Shown here: one piece after another, positions 1 through 16,616 of the stretch | Position numbering within the stretch: position 1 is the stretch's first letter | Layout: every line of letters starts with the position of its first letter | NCBI RefSeq assembly: GCF_052908335.1 | Contig: NZ_CM128606.1 | Reading direction: 5' to 3' (one strand) | DNA length: 32,000 bases | Translations under genes and position numbers: made by a program | Notes under the pieces: model-generated | What the model was told of the DNA's origin: nothing | The model's input: the letters and a program-made list of their open reading frames with translations, nothing else | The model's database searches: none

Positions 1-590
1 AGACCATCGGTCAGGTTTACCGCGTTGCCAGTACCCACAATGACGAAGTAAGCCAGCAGAATGTAGAACAGCCCCAGCTGCGGCATCACATCTTTAAAGA
101 ATGGGACCACCAGCTGCGTTGCGGGCGTGTCTTTGCCGGCAAGGTACAGGGCGAAGGCGACACCCAGCGCAATGACCGACATCCAGAAATACTTCCAACG
201 AGCGATCAACCCTTTGGTGTCTTTACGCACCACTTTGCGATAATCATCAACAAAGCCAATAACACCGTAACCTACCAGCACCACCAACACGCACCAGACG
301 TACGGATTGGACGGGTAAGCCCACAGCAGTACGGAGATCACAATCGCCGTCAGGATCATAATCCCGCCCATGGTCGGCGTACCGCGCTTGCTGAAGTGTG
401 ATTCAGGACCGTCGTTACGCACCACCTGACCAAAGGAAAGTTTTTGCAAATGAGCAATCATACGCGGGCCCATCCACAATGAGATGAACAGCGCGGTCAG
501 CAGGCTGACGATGGCGCGAAACGTCAGATAGGAAAAGACGTTAAAGCCGGAATAATATTTGACCAAATGTTCGGCCAGCCAAACTAACAT
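1..590 (-). CDS. mraY: Phospho-N-acetylmuramoyl-pentapeptide transferase MraY, N-terminal part (gene runs off the left edge)
   Basis: The reverse complement of 573..590 reads ATG TTA GTT TGG CTG GCC (MLVWLA), the MraY N-terminus. The start overlaps the murF stop, and the dcw order murE-murF-mraY is preserved. Confidence 0.9.
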
Positions 591-1942
591 GTCCCATTCT
601 CCTGTAAAGCGCGTACTACCTCTTCCATGGCGGCACTACGTGAACCCTTAACTAAAATCGTAATTACCTGTTGCTCAGCAATCAGTGATTTAAGACGCGT
701 AATTAACGCAGTTTTATCAGCAAAATGTTCGCCAACGCCGCTGGCGGTGCTGATAGCATGGCTTTGTTTACCCACGCTTAACACGCGGTCAATACCAGCA
801 GCTTTTGCCGCCTCGCCCACCTGTACATGGCAGGCTTCGCTTTCAGCGCCCAGTTCCGCCATATCGCCCACCACCAGCACGCGGTAGCCCGGCATTTCAG
901 CCAGTACCTGGACTGCTGCAGTCATTGAACCGACATTGGCGTTGTAGGAGTCGTCGAGCAGCAACTGGTTTTCTGCCAGTTGGATGGGGAACAGACGGCC
1001 TGGAACAGCTTTCAGATTTGCCAGCCCCGCTTTGATAGCATCAAGCGTTGCGCCCACGGACATGGAGAGCGCAGCGGCTGCCAGCGCATTCGCAATATTG
1101 TGACGCCCCGGCAACGGCAGCAGAACATCGACGCTACCGGTTGGGGTTTGTAGGGTAAATTCCGTACCGTGCGAGGTCACATGGATATTGGTGGCGGTGA
1201 AATCGCTGTTGGCGGCATTGGGTGAGAAACGCCACACTTTGCGTGAGCCAATTACGCTCTGCCAGTTCAGCCAGTCGTTGTTGTCGGCGTTCATAATGGC
1301 GATACCGTTTTCCGGCAGGCCGCTAAAGATTTCACCTTTCGCTTTCGCGACACCCGCAAGCGAGCCAAAACCTTCCAGATGCGCCGCTGCCAGGTTGTTG
1401 ACCAGCGCAGCTTCCGGGCGAGTCAGACTCACAGTCCAGGCTATTTCGCCCTGATGGTTCGCGCCAAGTTCAATAACTGCGTAATCGTATTCCGGCGTTA
1501 AGCGCAACAGCGTCATCGGTACACCGATGTCGTTGTTGAGATTGCCTGCCGTATAAAGCGTGTTGCCGCACTGGCTTAAAATCGCCGCCGTCATCTCTTT
1601 AACGGAGGTTTTGCCGGAGGACCCCGTCAGAGCAACCACGCGCGCCGGAACTTGCTGGCGAACCCATGCAGCCAGTTCACCAAACGCCAGACGCGTATCC
1701 TTGACGATTAACTGCGGCAGGTCGATGTCCAGCGGACGGCTAACCAGTAGTGCGCCTGCGCCGCCAGCTTTCGCCTGGTCGGCAAAATCGTGGGCATCAA
1801 AACGTTCGCCTTTCAGGGCAACAAACAGGCAGCCCGGCGTCAGTTTTCGGGTATCAGTGGTTACAGCATCAAGGGTGATATCTGCACCTTGCAGTTCACC
1901 GTTGAGAATGTCGGTAAGTTGGCTAAGGGTTACGCTAATCAT
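584..1942 (-). CDS. murF: UDP-MurNAc-tripeptide:D-Ala-D-Ala ligase
   Basis: 452-aa ORF recognised as E. coli MurF ([15 protein letters not shown]..., GSSGKTS P-loop). Its start overlaps the murE stop. Confidence 0.97.
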
Positions 1943-3426
1943 GCAATCACCCCCAGCAGACGCGCCACCGTGACGCGATCGGAGTAGTCCAGACGCTGAT
2001 TGCCAACAATCTGGTAATCTTCATGGCCTTTGCCCGCGACCAGTACCACATCATTCTCTTTAGCCTGCATAACGGCGCAAGTCACCGCTTCAGCACGGCC
2101 TTCCATCACTTTGGCATGTCCGGCATCTAACATTCCCGCCAGAATATCGTTGATGATGGCACGCGGTTCTTCGGTACGCGGGTTATCGTCCGTCACCACC
2201 GCCACGTCAGCAAACTCTTCGGCAATTGCGCCCATCAGTGGACGCTTACCTTTATCGCGATCGCCACCACAGCCAAAGACACACCACAGCTTGCCCGCAC
2301 AGTGCAGACGCGCCGCCTGTAAGGCTTTTTCCAGTGCATCCGGCGTATGCGCGTAATCCACCACCACCGTCGGTTTGCCTGGCGCAGTGAACACTTCCAT
2401 ACGTCCGCAAACCGGTTGCAGACGCGCGGCGGTTTTCAACAGATCAGCCAATGGATAGCCGAGTGCCAACAGTGTCGCCAGCGCGAGCAGCAGGTTGCTG
2501 ACGTTAAAAGCGCCCATCAGATGGCTCTCAATTTCGCCATCGCCCCAACTTGAGCTAAAGCGAATCGTCGCACCGCTGTCGTGATAGTTCACGTCGTTCG
2601 CTTTTAACCAGCGTCCGTGACAGTTCGGATTGATATGATCTTCCATTGATACCGCAACCGCGTCCGGCAGTTTTGCCAGCCAGCGGCGGCCCACTTCATC
2701 GTCGGCGTTAATAATCGCCTGACCGCAATGATGCTCAGAATAAAGCAGCCATTTCGCGGCTTCGTAGTGTTCCATATCACCATGATAATCAAGGTGATCG
2801 CGGCTTAAGTTCGTAAAGACCGACGCCGCAAATTTCAATGCCGCCACACGGTGCTGTACCAGCCCGTGGGAGGAAACTTCCATTGCGCAAAACGTCGCGC
2901 CCTGATCCACCAGCCCCGCAAGCTCATGCTGAACATCGACTGCCGAACCGGTGGTATTTTCTGTCGGGATCACTTTCCCCAGCAGGCCGTTACCAACGGT
3001 GCCCATTACCGCGCTGGTTTCGCCAAGCAGTTGGCTCCACTGCGCCAGCAGCTGGGTAGTCGTGGTTTTGCCGTTGGTGCCCGTTACGCCTACGAGACGT
3101 AAATTGTCAGAGGGTTCATGGTAAAAGCGGCCCGCCAGTGCAGATAAACGCTCATTGAGCTGGCTGAGATAGATGACCGGTACGCCGTGCATTTCACGGA
3201 TTTCACCGTCGGTCGCCTCATCTTTCGCCTCTGCAATAATGGCAGCCACACCTTGCGCTATCGCCTGCGGGATATATCGACGCCCGTCCGCCTGATGACC
3301 TACTACAGCTACAAAGAGATCGCCCGCCGCAGCCACACGGCTGTCGAGTGTCATCTCTCGCAGTGCTCGCGAAGGTGCGTCTGGCACCCACGGAGCAAGA
3401 AGGTCGCGCAAATTACGATCTGCCAC
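1939..3426 (-). CDS. murE: UDP-MurNAc-L-Ala-D-Glu:meso-DAP ligase
   Basis: 495-aa ORF recognised as E. coli MurE ([14 protein letters not shown]..., GTNGKTT). Confidence 0.97.
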
Positions 3427-5179
3427 CTGTCCCCTCGCCTTGATTAATCACAAATTCATTTTTATCGCCCGTTGTCAGCGCATCCGGCTCGATGTTCATG
3501 GTACGCAATACGCCGCCCATGATGGCACCAAAGACCGGCGCGGAAACGGCGCCGCCGTAGTATTTACCCGCCTGCGGATCGTTGATAACAACAACCAGCG
3601 CGAAGCGCGGCTGACTCGCAGGCGCAACGCCTGCGGTATAAGCAATATATTTATTGATGTAGCGACCGTCCGGCCCGACCTTTTTCGCGGTACCGGTTTT
3701 AATGGCGATACGATAGCCTTTAATCGCCGCCTTCACGCCGCCGCCGCCCGGTAGCGCCACGCTTTCCATCATATGCACCACGGTGCGGACAATGGATTCC
3801 GGGAAGACACGTTCACCGGGAACCGGGGGGTCAACTTTGGTAATCGACAGTGGGCGATAAATGCCGTAGCTGCCGATAGTTGCGTAGACTCGCGCTAACT
3901 GTAACGGTGTTACCATTAGCCCGTAGCCGAAAGAGAAGGTGGCCCTCTCTATGTCAGACCACCGTTGTTTTTGAGGATATAAGCCACTGCGTTCTCCGAC
4001 CAACCCCAAATTGGTCGCTTTTCCCAGTCCAAAACGTGAGTAAGTATCTACTAACGCTGAGGACGGCATCGCTAACGCCAGCTTGGAAACACCGACGTTA
4101 CTCGACTTCTGTAATACCCCGGTCAGGGTTAATTCGCTGTAGCGTGCCACGTCTTTGATTTCGTGGCCGTTAATTCGATAAGGAATGGTATTGAGTACCG
4201 AGTTTTCCCGCACCACGCCACGTTGCAACGCGGTCATCACCACCATCGGTTTAACCGTTGAGCCAGGTTCAAACACGTCGGTGATGGTACGGTTACGCAT
4301 CGCCTCTTTCGGCGTGCCGCTCAGATTGTTAGGGTTGTATGACGGGCTGTTAGCCATCGCCAGCACTTCACCGGTGTTGACATCCACCAGCACGGCGCTA
4401 CCAGATTCAGCCTTGTTAAAGGCCACCGCATTGTTCAGTTCGCGATAAACCAGCGCCTGCAGGCGTTCATCAATACTCAGCGCCAGGTTGTGCGCAGCCT
4501 GGCTGTCAGTAGAAGAAATATCTTCAATTACGCGACCATAGCGGTCTTTACGCACAATGCGCTCACCCGGCTGCCCGGTAAGCCATTTATCGAAACTCTT
4601 CTCAACGCCCTCAATCCCTTGACTATCGACGTTAGTAAAGCCAATGAGGTGAGCAGTCACTTCGCCGGATGGATAATAACGGCGAGATTCTTCACGCAGA
4701 TGAATCCCCGGCAGTTTCAGTTTTTTGATGTAGTCCGCCATGTCAGGGTTCACCTGACGCGCCAGATAAATAAAGCGCCCTTTCGGGTTGGCGTTAATGC
4801 GGGCTGAAAGCTGATCCAGCGGAATATTGAGCGCGTTAGCCAGCGCCTTCCAGCGGTCACCGACGCTGATACCGCCAGCGTCATGCACTTCTTTCGGGTC
4901 AGCCCAAATCGCTTTTACCGGCACGCTCACCGCTAACGGGCGACCAGAACGGTCAGTAATCATGCCGCGGGAGGTGGAAACTTGCTGAACGCGAAGAGAA
5001 CGCATGTCGCCCTCTTTCACCAGCATATCCGGGGAGATAACTTGTAACCACGCTACGCGTCCGAGCAGAAAAGCCAGCGCCAGGAGAATACAGCCGCATA
5101 ACAACGCAAAACGCCAACTGATAAAGTTGGCATGTTCTTCCTGACGTTTTGGTTTCTGCGTTTTCGCCGCTGCTTTCAT
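3413..5179 (-). CDS. ftsI: Peptidoglycan transpeptidase PBP3
   Basis: 588-aa ORF recognised as E. coli FtsI, with the STVK active-site motif and an N-terminal membrane anchor. Confidence 0.97.
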
Positions 5180-5194
5180 GCGTCGCGTTTATCC

Positions 5195-5560
5195 TTATTT
5201 TTGCACTACGATATTTTCTTGTGACGGATCAACATGCTGCATTTGCAGCTTTTCCGTGGCGATCCTTTCCACCCGGCTATGGTCGCCGAGCGCATTCTCT
5301 TCAAGGATCAGGTTGCGCCATTCAATGTCTAAAGCATCTCGCTCCAGCACCAGTTGTTCGCGCTGAGCGGTCAGTAAACGGGTATGGTGCGCCGTGGTTA
5401 CCACAGTCACCGCCGTCAAAATAATGCAAATGAACAGGCAGAGTGGCAGCTTCCCAAATCGCAAAAGATCGTCACCGATAACACCAGGCAATGCATGGCG
5501 CTCGTGGCTTCCCATCGATCCTTTAACTTTGCTTAGAGCTTCTGTCACTCTGCTGATCAT
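5195..5560 (-). CDS. ftsL: Cell division protein FtsL
   Basis: 121-aa ORF recognised as E. coli FtsL. It lies between rsmH and ftsI. Confidence 0.95.
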
Positions 5561-6498
5561 GCATTCGTCCTCTCTGCAATACGCAGAACTGAACTACGGG
5601 CACGAGGGTTCTCAGCCACCTCTTCTTCGCCCGGCATTAACTTGCCTAGTGCTCGCAGCTGACGGCCACCCAGTTTTTTGAGCTGCTCTTCAGTCATCGG
5701 TAACCCTGCCGGAACTTGCGGACCGCGGCTGTTTTCACGCATAAAACGTTTCACAATACGGTCTTCCAGCGAGTGGAAGCTGATGATCGAAAGCCGCCCA
5801 CCCGGGGCCAGCACGTTGAGCGAGCTTTTTAGCGCCTGCTCTATCTCCTCCAGTTCACTGTTTACCCAAATGCGCACCGCCTGGAAGGTACGGGTCGCGG
5901 GATGTTTAAACTTATCTTTCACCGGCGTTGCAGCAGCCACGACTTCCGCCAGTTCTTTGGTGCGGGTCATCGGCTGTTCGCGGTTACGCTCGACAATGGC
6001 GCGGGCAATGCGTTTGGCAAAACGCTCTTCACCATAGGTTTTCAATACCCAGGCGATATCGGCTTCTTCTGCGGTTTGTAGCCATTCAGCGGCTGACTGC
6101 CCACGGGTTGGGTCCATACGCATGTCCAGCGGACCATCGCGCATAAAGGAAAAGCCGCGCTCAGCATCATCAAGTTGCGGTGAAGAGACGCCAAGATCGA
6201 GGAGAATGCCGTCGATCTTGCCGATAAGATCGCGCTCGGCAACGTATTCGCCCAGCGCGGAGAAAGGTCCGTGGATGATGGAGAAGCGCGGATCATCAAT
6301 AGTCTTCGCAACGGCGATAGCCTGCGGGTCGCGATCGATCGCCAGCAAACGCCCCTCTTCGCCAAGCTGCGAGAGGATCAGACGTGAGTGACCACCGCGA
6401 CCAAAAGTCCCATCAATGTAGATGCCATCAGGACGGATATTGAGGCCATTAACGGCTTCATCCAGCAGCACCGTAGTATGTTTATAGTTTTCCATCAT
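5557..6498 (-). CDS. rsmH: 16S rRNA m4C1402 methyltransferase
   Basis: The ORF-track frame is 356 aa, but the known protein starts [14 protein letters not shown] (313 aa). CATCAT at 6493..6498 gives the double ATG. The upstream extension overlaps mraZ and is rejected. Confidence 0.93.
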
Positions 6499-6499
6499 T

Positions 6500-6958
6500 T
6501 TATAGAGACAAGTCCTGCAGTCGCTCCGATAAGTCTCCGGTAGCCAACTGCTCTGCGTCGATATCTTCCTTGACCTGTTGATGCCAGGTTGTTTCATCCC
6601 ACAGCTCAAACTTGTTGAACTGTCCAACCAGCATCACTTCTTTTGTCAGCCCGGCATGTTGCCGCAGTACTGGCGCGATTAACAATCGACCTGCGCCATC
6701 CATCTGACATTCGCTGGCATGACCTAACAGTAGGCGCTGCACACGGCGCTCAACCGGGTTCATGCTCGACAGACGCGATAATTTTTGCTCGATAATTTCC
6801 CATTCAGGCAGGGGGTAAAGCAGCAGGCACGGGTGATGAATGTCAATGGTGCAAACCATTTGACCGGCAGCGTTCTCAAGCAGCTGTTCCCGGTAACGGG
6901 TAGGCACTGATAAGCGCCCTTTGCTGTCGAGATTGACTAACGTTGCTCCCCGGAACAT
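6500..6958 (-). CDS. mraZ: Transcriptional regulator MraZ
   Basis: 152-aa protein starting [19 protein letters not shown]. The ATG is at 6958, and the 12-aa extension in the ORF track is rejected. Confidence 0.93.
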
Positions 6959-6976
6959 GCCAGCCTCACCCCTTAT

Positions 6977-7002
6977 TCCCACTTTGCCCCACAATTTCCC
7001 AC
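6977..7002 (-). promoter_or_regulatory. Three direct GTGGG repeats at 10-bp spacing upstream of mraZ (MraZ operator / Pmra region)
   Basis: The plus strand shows TCCCAC (6977..6982), CCCCAC (6987..6992) and TCCCAC (6997..7002). MraZ is known to bind a TGGGN repeat series at the dcw promoter. Confidence 0.6.
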
Positions 7003-7514
7003 TGAAAGGAGTTTACGGAGCGGAGGAAAAGCTTGTCAAGCCAGTCACAAGGCATACCGAGGTAAAAAACCCGATGTTTACGGCTAATATCAGCGTTGTT
7101 TATTTTACGTCCAACGTGCGCAGCAAATTAACGTTATGAATAGCTGTAAGAAAAAATCCCTCATCGTCATCACCGTTTTAAAATGACTCACTATTTTCCA
7201 CAGCAAATATAAAGTGTCAGTTTGCGACGCGAGCGGCATTTTAGGACATATCTTCCCCGGTTAACAGTCCCTGTTGCGTCTGTGTGGCGCTTGATGCCAG
7301 CGGGTTTGCGCAAAAGCAAAGAAAAGTGCTTGTTAAATCGGCAATTCATCTCTGCATGTAACAAAATAATGCAAAAACGCGCTGTCGATATCACTTAATT
7401 ATTGTGAATTTCAGCTGGTGAGTTAATTAACGGGCGGGTTTAAAAGAACTTATCAATAATAGTCAGGAATAGTCTTATTTACTTTAAGGATATTGATGTC
7501 CATTCCCGTACTCT

Positions 7515-7550
7515 ACGCGCCAGAGGGAAATTCACCTGGCGCGTATTTTT
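7515..7550. terminator. Hairpin downstream of cra, possibly a bidirectional terminator
   Basis: ACGCGCCAG (7515..7523) pairs with CTGGCGCGT (7536..7544). A T-run follows on the plus strand and an A-run precedes it in the minus-strand sense. Confidence 0.4.
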
Positions 7551-7559
7551 GTTCGCGGC

Positions 7560-8564
7560 TTAGCTACGGCTGAGCACGCCGCGGCGATAGAGATTACGTT
7601 TAATGCGCGTTAAACCAGGTTTTGGCTTACGCGGTTCGTCCAGGCTTGCCAGGACAATCTCCAGCACACGCTCTGCGACATCGCGGTGACGTTGAGCCAC
7701 TGCCAGCACCGGACACTGTAAGAAGTCGAGCAGTTCGTTATCGCCAAAGGTGGCAATTGCCAGGTCAGAAGGCAGTTTGCCGTCGCGACGCAGCGTGACA
7801 TCCATCACTCCTTGCAACAACGCAAACGACGTTGTGAACAGCGCCTGCGGCATCGGATGCGTTTCCAGCCATTTTTCGAATAACTGGGCAGCCGCCTCCC
7901 GCTCATAGCTGTTGGCATACAGGAAATGCACTTCGCGCGGATCATCTTTCCAGGCAGTACGGAAACCTTGTTCACGCAGGAAGCTGACAGAAAGCTCCGG
8001 TAGCGCACCAAGATAAAGCACCGTCTCGGCGGGAAACTTACGTAACTCTTCCGCCAGCATTTCGGCATCATCCTGATCGGCACCAACCACGCTGGTGAAG
8101 TGTTCACGATCGAGGGCGCGGTCCAGCGCGACAATCGGGAACGGGTCGTTAGCCCAGCGTTGATAAAAAGGATGCTCAGGAGGCAACGACGTCGAAACAA
8201 TAATGGCATCAACCTGACGCTGTAAAAGGTGCTCAATGCACCGCATTTCGTTGTCTGGCTGATCTTCTGAGCAGGCAATCAGCAGTTGATAACCCCGTTG
8301 CCGCGCCTGGCGTTCAAGATAGTTAGCGATGCGGGTATAGCTGGTGTTCTCCAGATCGGGGATCACAAGACCAATAGAACGTGTGCGTCCAGCACGAAGC
8401 CCAGCTGCCACGGCGTTCGGGTGGTAATTGTGCTCACGCACCACAGCCATGACTTTTTCAACGGTTTTGTCGCTCACACGGTATTGCTTCGCTTTGCCGT
8501 TAATAACATAGCTTGCAGTGGTCCGCGACACTCCCGCCAGCCGAGCGATTTCATCCAGTTTCAC
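7560..8564 (-). CDS. cra: Catabolite repressor/activator (FruR), LacI family
   Basis: 334-aa ORF recognised as E. coli Cra ([31 protein letters not shown]...). Confidence 0.97.
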   Translation of the reverse strand: MKLDEIARLAGVSRTTASYVINGKAKQYRVSDKTVEKVMAVVREHNYHPNAVAAGLRAGRTRSIGLVIPDLENTSYTRIANYLERQARQRGYQLLIACSEDQPDNEMRCIEHLLQRQVDAIIVSTSLPPEHPFYQRWANDPFPIVALDRALDREHFTSVVGADQDDAEMLAEELRKFPAETVLYLGALPELSVSFLREQGFRTAWKDDPREVHFLYANSYEREAAAQLFEKWLETHPMPQALFTTSFALLQGVMDVTLRRDGKLPSDLAIATFGDNELLDFLQCPVLAVAQRHRDVAERVLEIVLASLDEPRKPKPGLTRIKRNLYRRGVLSRS

Positions 8565-8690
8565 AATTGCCCCTTGCGTAAAATGTAAAAACCATAGCCA
8601 TTGTACTGGTATGGGTTAAATTCATTAACATCTAAGCGCAGAAAATTAACTGCGGCAACTGCTTTTATTCCAGGTTCCCACTGATTTCGC

Positions 8691-8719
8691 AAAAAAAGCC
8701 CAACGTGACATGTTGGGCT
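8691..8719 (-). terminator. Rho-independent terminator after ilvH
   Basis: Minus-strand reading gives AGCCCAAC-loop-GTTGGGCT followed by a run of seven T (plus-strand A-run at 8691..8697), 25 nt past the ilvH stop. Confidence 0.75.
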
Positions 8720-8743
8720 GTAAATTGCGCATTGAGATCATTC

Positions 8744-9235
8744 TCAACGCATTATTTTATCGCCGCGCGAAAGTCCGACCACACCAGAGCGAGCAACCTC
8801 CACAATTTTCGCCACATCGCGAATCGATGCTAAAAATGCATCAAGCTTACCGCTGGTGCCTGCTAATTGAACGGTATAAAGCGAGGGTGTGACATCGATA
8901 ATTTGCCCACGGAATATTTCCGTATTACGTTTCACTTCGTCACGCCCGTAACCGCTGGCCTGAATTTTCACCAGCATGATTTCCCGCTCAACATGCGCGC
9001 CCTGCCCCAACTCACTCACGCGCAAGACATCGACCAGTTTGTGTAATTGCTTTTCGATCTGCTCAAGTACTTTTTCATCGCCCACGGTCTGGATGGTCAT
9101 ACGCGATAATGTCGGATCGTCGGTTGGCGCAACGGTCAGGCTTTCAATGTTGTAGCCACGCTGGGAAAAAAGGCCAATCACACGGGATAACGCGCCTGAT
9201 TCATTTTCGAGTAAGACTGATAATATCCGGCGCAT
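8744..9235 (-). CDS. ilvH: Acetolactate synthase III small (regulatory) subunit
   Basis: 163-aa protein [19 protein letters not shown]... The ATG is at 9235, 2 nt after the ilvI stop. Confidence 0.95.
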
Positions 9236-9237
9236 AA

Positions 9238-10962
9238 TCAGGTTCTCTCCGTTTTGCTTAACCACATTTCATCCATTCCGCCCCCGCGAATCTGCATCGG
9301 GTAGACGTGCTCGCTGCCATCGACGGTAACATCAACAAACACCAGGCGATTATTGCGCACCTGTTCCAGCGCCTCGCTAAGTTTGCTTTCCAGCTCATGC
9401 GGATGAGAAATCTGGATCCCGACATGCCCATAGGCTTCCGCCAGACGGACGAAATCGGGTAGCGATTGCATATAAGATTGTGAATGACGGCCGGAATAGA
9501 TCATGTCCTGCCACTGCTTCACCATCCCCAGATAGCGGTTATTGAGATTCACCACCAGTACGGGCAACTCGTATTGCAACGCGGTAGACAGTTCCTGGAT
9601 GTTCATCTGAATACTGCCGTCGCCAGTGACGCAAACCACGGTTTCTTCTGGCAACGCCATTTTGACGCCCAGTGCCGCAGGTAAACCAAAACCCATCGTG
9701 CCGAGGCCACCGGAATTGATCCAGCGACGCGGTTTGTCGAATGGATAATAAAGTGCAGCAAACATCTGGTGCTGCCCGACATCGGACGTCACGTAAGCGT
9801 CTCCCTTCGTCAACCGCCAAAGAGTCTCGATCACCGCCTGCGGTTTAATCTTTTCACTGTGAGTGTCATATTTCAGGCACTGACGAGCGCGCCACTGTTC
9901 AATTTGCTGCCACCAGTCGCGGATCTCATCCAGCGGTTGATGGGCGGATTCTTGCGACAAGAGTTCAAGCATTTGTTCGAGGACCTGGCGAGCATCCCCC
10001 ACAATCGGGATATCCGCAGTCACGGTTTTAGAAATGGAAGTAGGATCAATATCGATATGCAGAACAGTGGCATTTGGGCAGTACTTTGCCAGATTGTTCG
10101 TCGTTCGGTCATCAAATCGTACCCCGACGGCGAAAATCACATCCGCGTTATGCATCGTCATATTGGCTTCGTAGGTACCGTGCATTCCCAGCATGCCCAG
10201 TGCCTGACGATGCGTTGCCGGAAACGCCCCCAGCCCCATCAATGAGGAAACAACGGGCAGATTCAACGCCTCCACCATTTCTTTCAACTGCTGATGGCAG
10301 CCCGCCGTGATTGCCCCACCACCTACGTAGACAACCGGTTTTTTTGCCGCCACCAGCGTTTGCAGAGCACGCTTAATTTGCCCTTTATGTCCGGTAGTAG
10401 TGGGATTGTAAGAACGCATACTGACCGACTCCGGCCAGACATAGGGTAATTTGTTCGCCGGATTAAGAATATCTTTCGGTAAATCAACGACTACTGGTCC
10501 TGGGCGACCACTTGCCGCCAGCCAGAAAGCCTTTTTCAGCACCTGCGGAATGTCTTCCGTTTGCTTAACCAGAAAACTGTGTTTAACCACCGGTCGCGAA
10601 ATCCCCACCATGTCGCACTCCTGAAAGGCATCGTAACCTATCAACGAGGTCGCTACCTGCCCGGAAAGGACAACTAATGGAATGGAATCCATATAAGCGG
10701 TGGCGATGCCAGTAATCGCATTGGTCGCCCCTGGACCCGACGTTACCAGCACGACGCCGACTTCCCCGGTCGCGCGCGCCAGGCCATCGGCCATATGCAC
10801 CGCCGCCTGCTCATGACGAACTAATACATGATCAATACCACCCACGGTATGCAATGCATCATAAATATCAAGGACTGCGCCTCCGGGATAACCGAATACT
10901 TGTTTAACGCCCTGATCGATAAGCGATCGGACGACCATCTCGGCTCCAGACAACATCTCCAT
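9238..10962 (-). CDS. ilvI: Acetolactate synthase III large subunit
   Basis: 574-aa protein starting [28 protein letters not shown] (ThDP enzyme). The 48-codon N-terminal extension in the ORF track is rejected. Confidence 0.95.
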   Translation of the reverse strand: MEMLSGAEMVVRSLIDQGVKQVFGYPGGAVLDIYDALHTVGGIDHVLVRHEQAAVHMADGLARATGEVGVVLVTSGPGATNAITGIATAYMDSIPLVVLSGQVATSLIGYDAFQECDMVGISRPVVKHSFLVKQTEDIPQVLKKAFWLAASGRPGPVVVDLPKDILNPANKLPYVWPESVSMRSYNPTTTGHKGQIKRALQTLVAAKKPVVYVGGGAITAGCHQQLKEMVEALNLPVVSSLMGLGAFPATHRQALGMLGMHGTYEANMTMHNADVIFAVGVRFDDRTTNNLAKYCPNATVLHIDIDPTSISKTVTADIPIVGDARQVLEQMLELLSQESAHQPLDEIRDWWQQIEQWRARQCLKYDTHSEKIKPQAVIETLWRLTKGDAYVTSDVGQHQMFAALYYPFDKPRRWINSGGLGTMGFGLPAALGVKMALPEETVVCVTGDGSIQMNIQELSTALQYELPVLVVNLNNRYLGMVKQWQDMIYSGRHSQSYMQSLPDFVRLAEAYGHVGIQISHPHELESKLSEALEQVRNNRLVFVDVTVDGSEHVYPMQIRGGGMDEMWLSKTERT

Positions 10963-11069
10963 GGCCTGCCTCACTGTTTGACGGAAAAAATGTGTAAAAC
11001 ACATTAACCGTCCGATCTTGCTTAAGCAATTGGCAGCCAGAGACATAAACACGGGGTAATAAGAATAAA

Positions 11070-11104
<35 letters not shown>

Positions 11105-11187
11105 ATTAGAGGGGGAACAAGAGCCTACACTAAGTTACCCCCTTATAGGGTAATGGTTTGCAATGCAATAATTACGCGTGTAATTAT

Positions 11188-11955
<768 letters not shown>

Positions 11956-11995
11956 TTAAAAAAATAACAAAAACAAGCTTGCTATCATTCGTGCT

Positions 11996-12024
11996 TTGTT
12001 ATGAGTTTTTGTACTGTGTATAAT
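11996..12024 (+). promoter_or_regulatory. Near-consensus sigma70 promoter-like element reading away from the PLD gene toward the large hairpin
   Basis: TTGTTA (11996..12001), a 17-nt spacer, then TATAAT (12019..12024). No plus-strand ORF lies downstream. Confidence 0.4.
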
Positions 12025-12078
12025 GTCAGAATAGGAAAGAGAACATTACGTTACATCCATCATTAAAGAGTATATAGC

Positions 12079-12158
12079 ATCATTGCCCGCCGGAACGGCA
12101 GTTGCTCCCGTCCTCGCCCCTGCGGGCGGGGGCAACTGCCGTTCCGGCGGGCAATGAT
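12079..12158. repeat. Perfect 27-bp inverted repeat with a 26-nt GC-rich spacer: candidate packaging signal and/or minus-strand origin hairpin of the phage
   Basis: 12079..12105 (ATCATTGCCCGCCGGAACGGCAGTTGC) is the exact reverse complement of 12132..12158. The spacer can itself fold (GCCC-ctgc-GGGC). It sits just after gIV, where Ff phages carry the intergenic-region hairpins. Confidence 0.6.
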
Positions 12159-12412
12159 TCATATTGAACTTAAGATGGCGGATAACTAAGCATCGCTGTA
12201 AGTCATCATCAATTTCATCAACTAATCACATCAACACCTGTACGACTCACGTCTCGTGCCGTTCGTCTCGCTAACTGCCTGTTTAAAGGCGGTCTGGCAG
12301 GCGGCGCGTTGCGCTGTCTCCTGCTGCTCTGTAATCTCTCCCTGGCTTCGGCGGTCAGGCAGCTGCATCACATGAAACATCATCATGCCGCCTTACATGC
12401 CGCGTTGCGGCA

Positions 12413-14718
<2,306 letters not shown>

Positions 14719-14729
14719 AAATCACCCTC

Positions 14730-15020
<291 letters not shown>

Positions 15021-15034
15021 TCACCACCTGATTA

Positions 15035-16612
<1,578 letters not shown>

Positions 16613-16616
16613 ATCA

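Noticed and set aside
7191-7394. 67-aa minus-strand ORF in the cra-mraZ intergenic region.
   Set aside because: It lies in the conserved 601-bp non-coding dcw promoter region. It has poor start context and an odd composition, and no known gene lies here in E. coli.
11110-11143. AGGGGG...CCCCCT inverted repeat and the AT-rich hairpin at 11167..11188 as terminators of the PLD-like gene.
   Set aside because: Neither is followed by a U-tract in the gene's sense. They may be structural parts of the element's right end, but I cannot support a terminator call.
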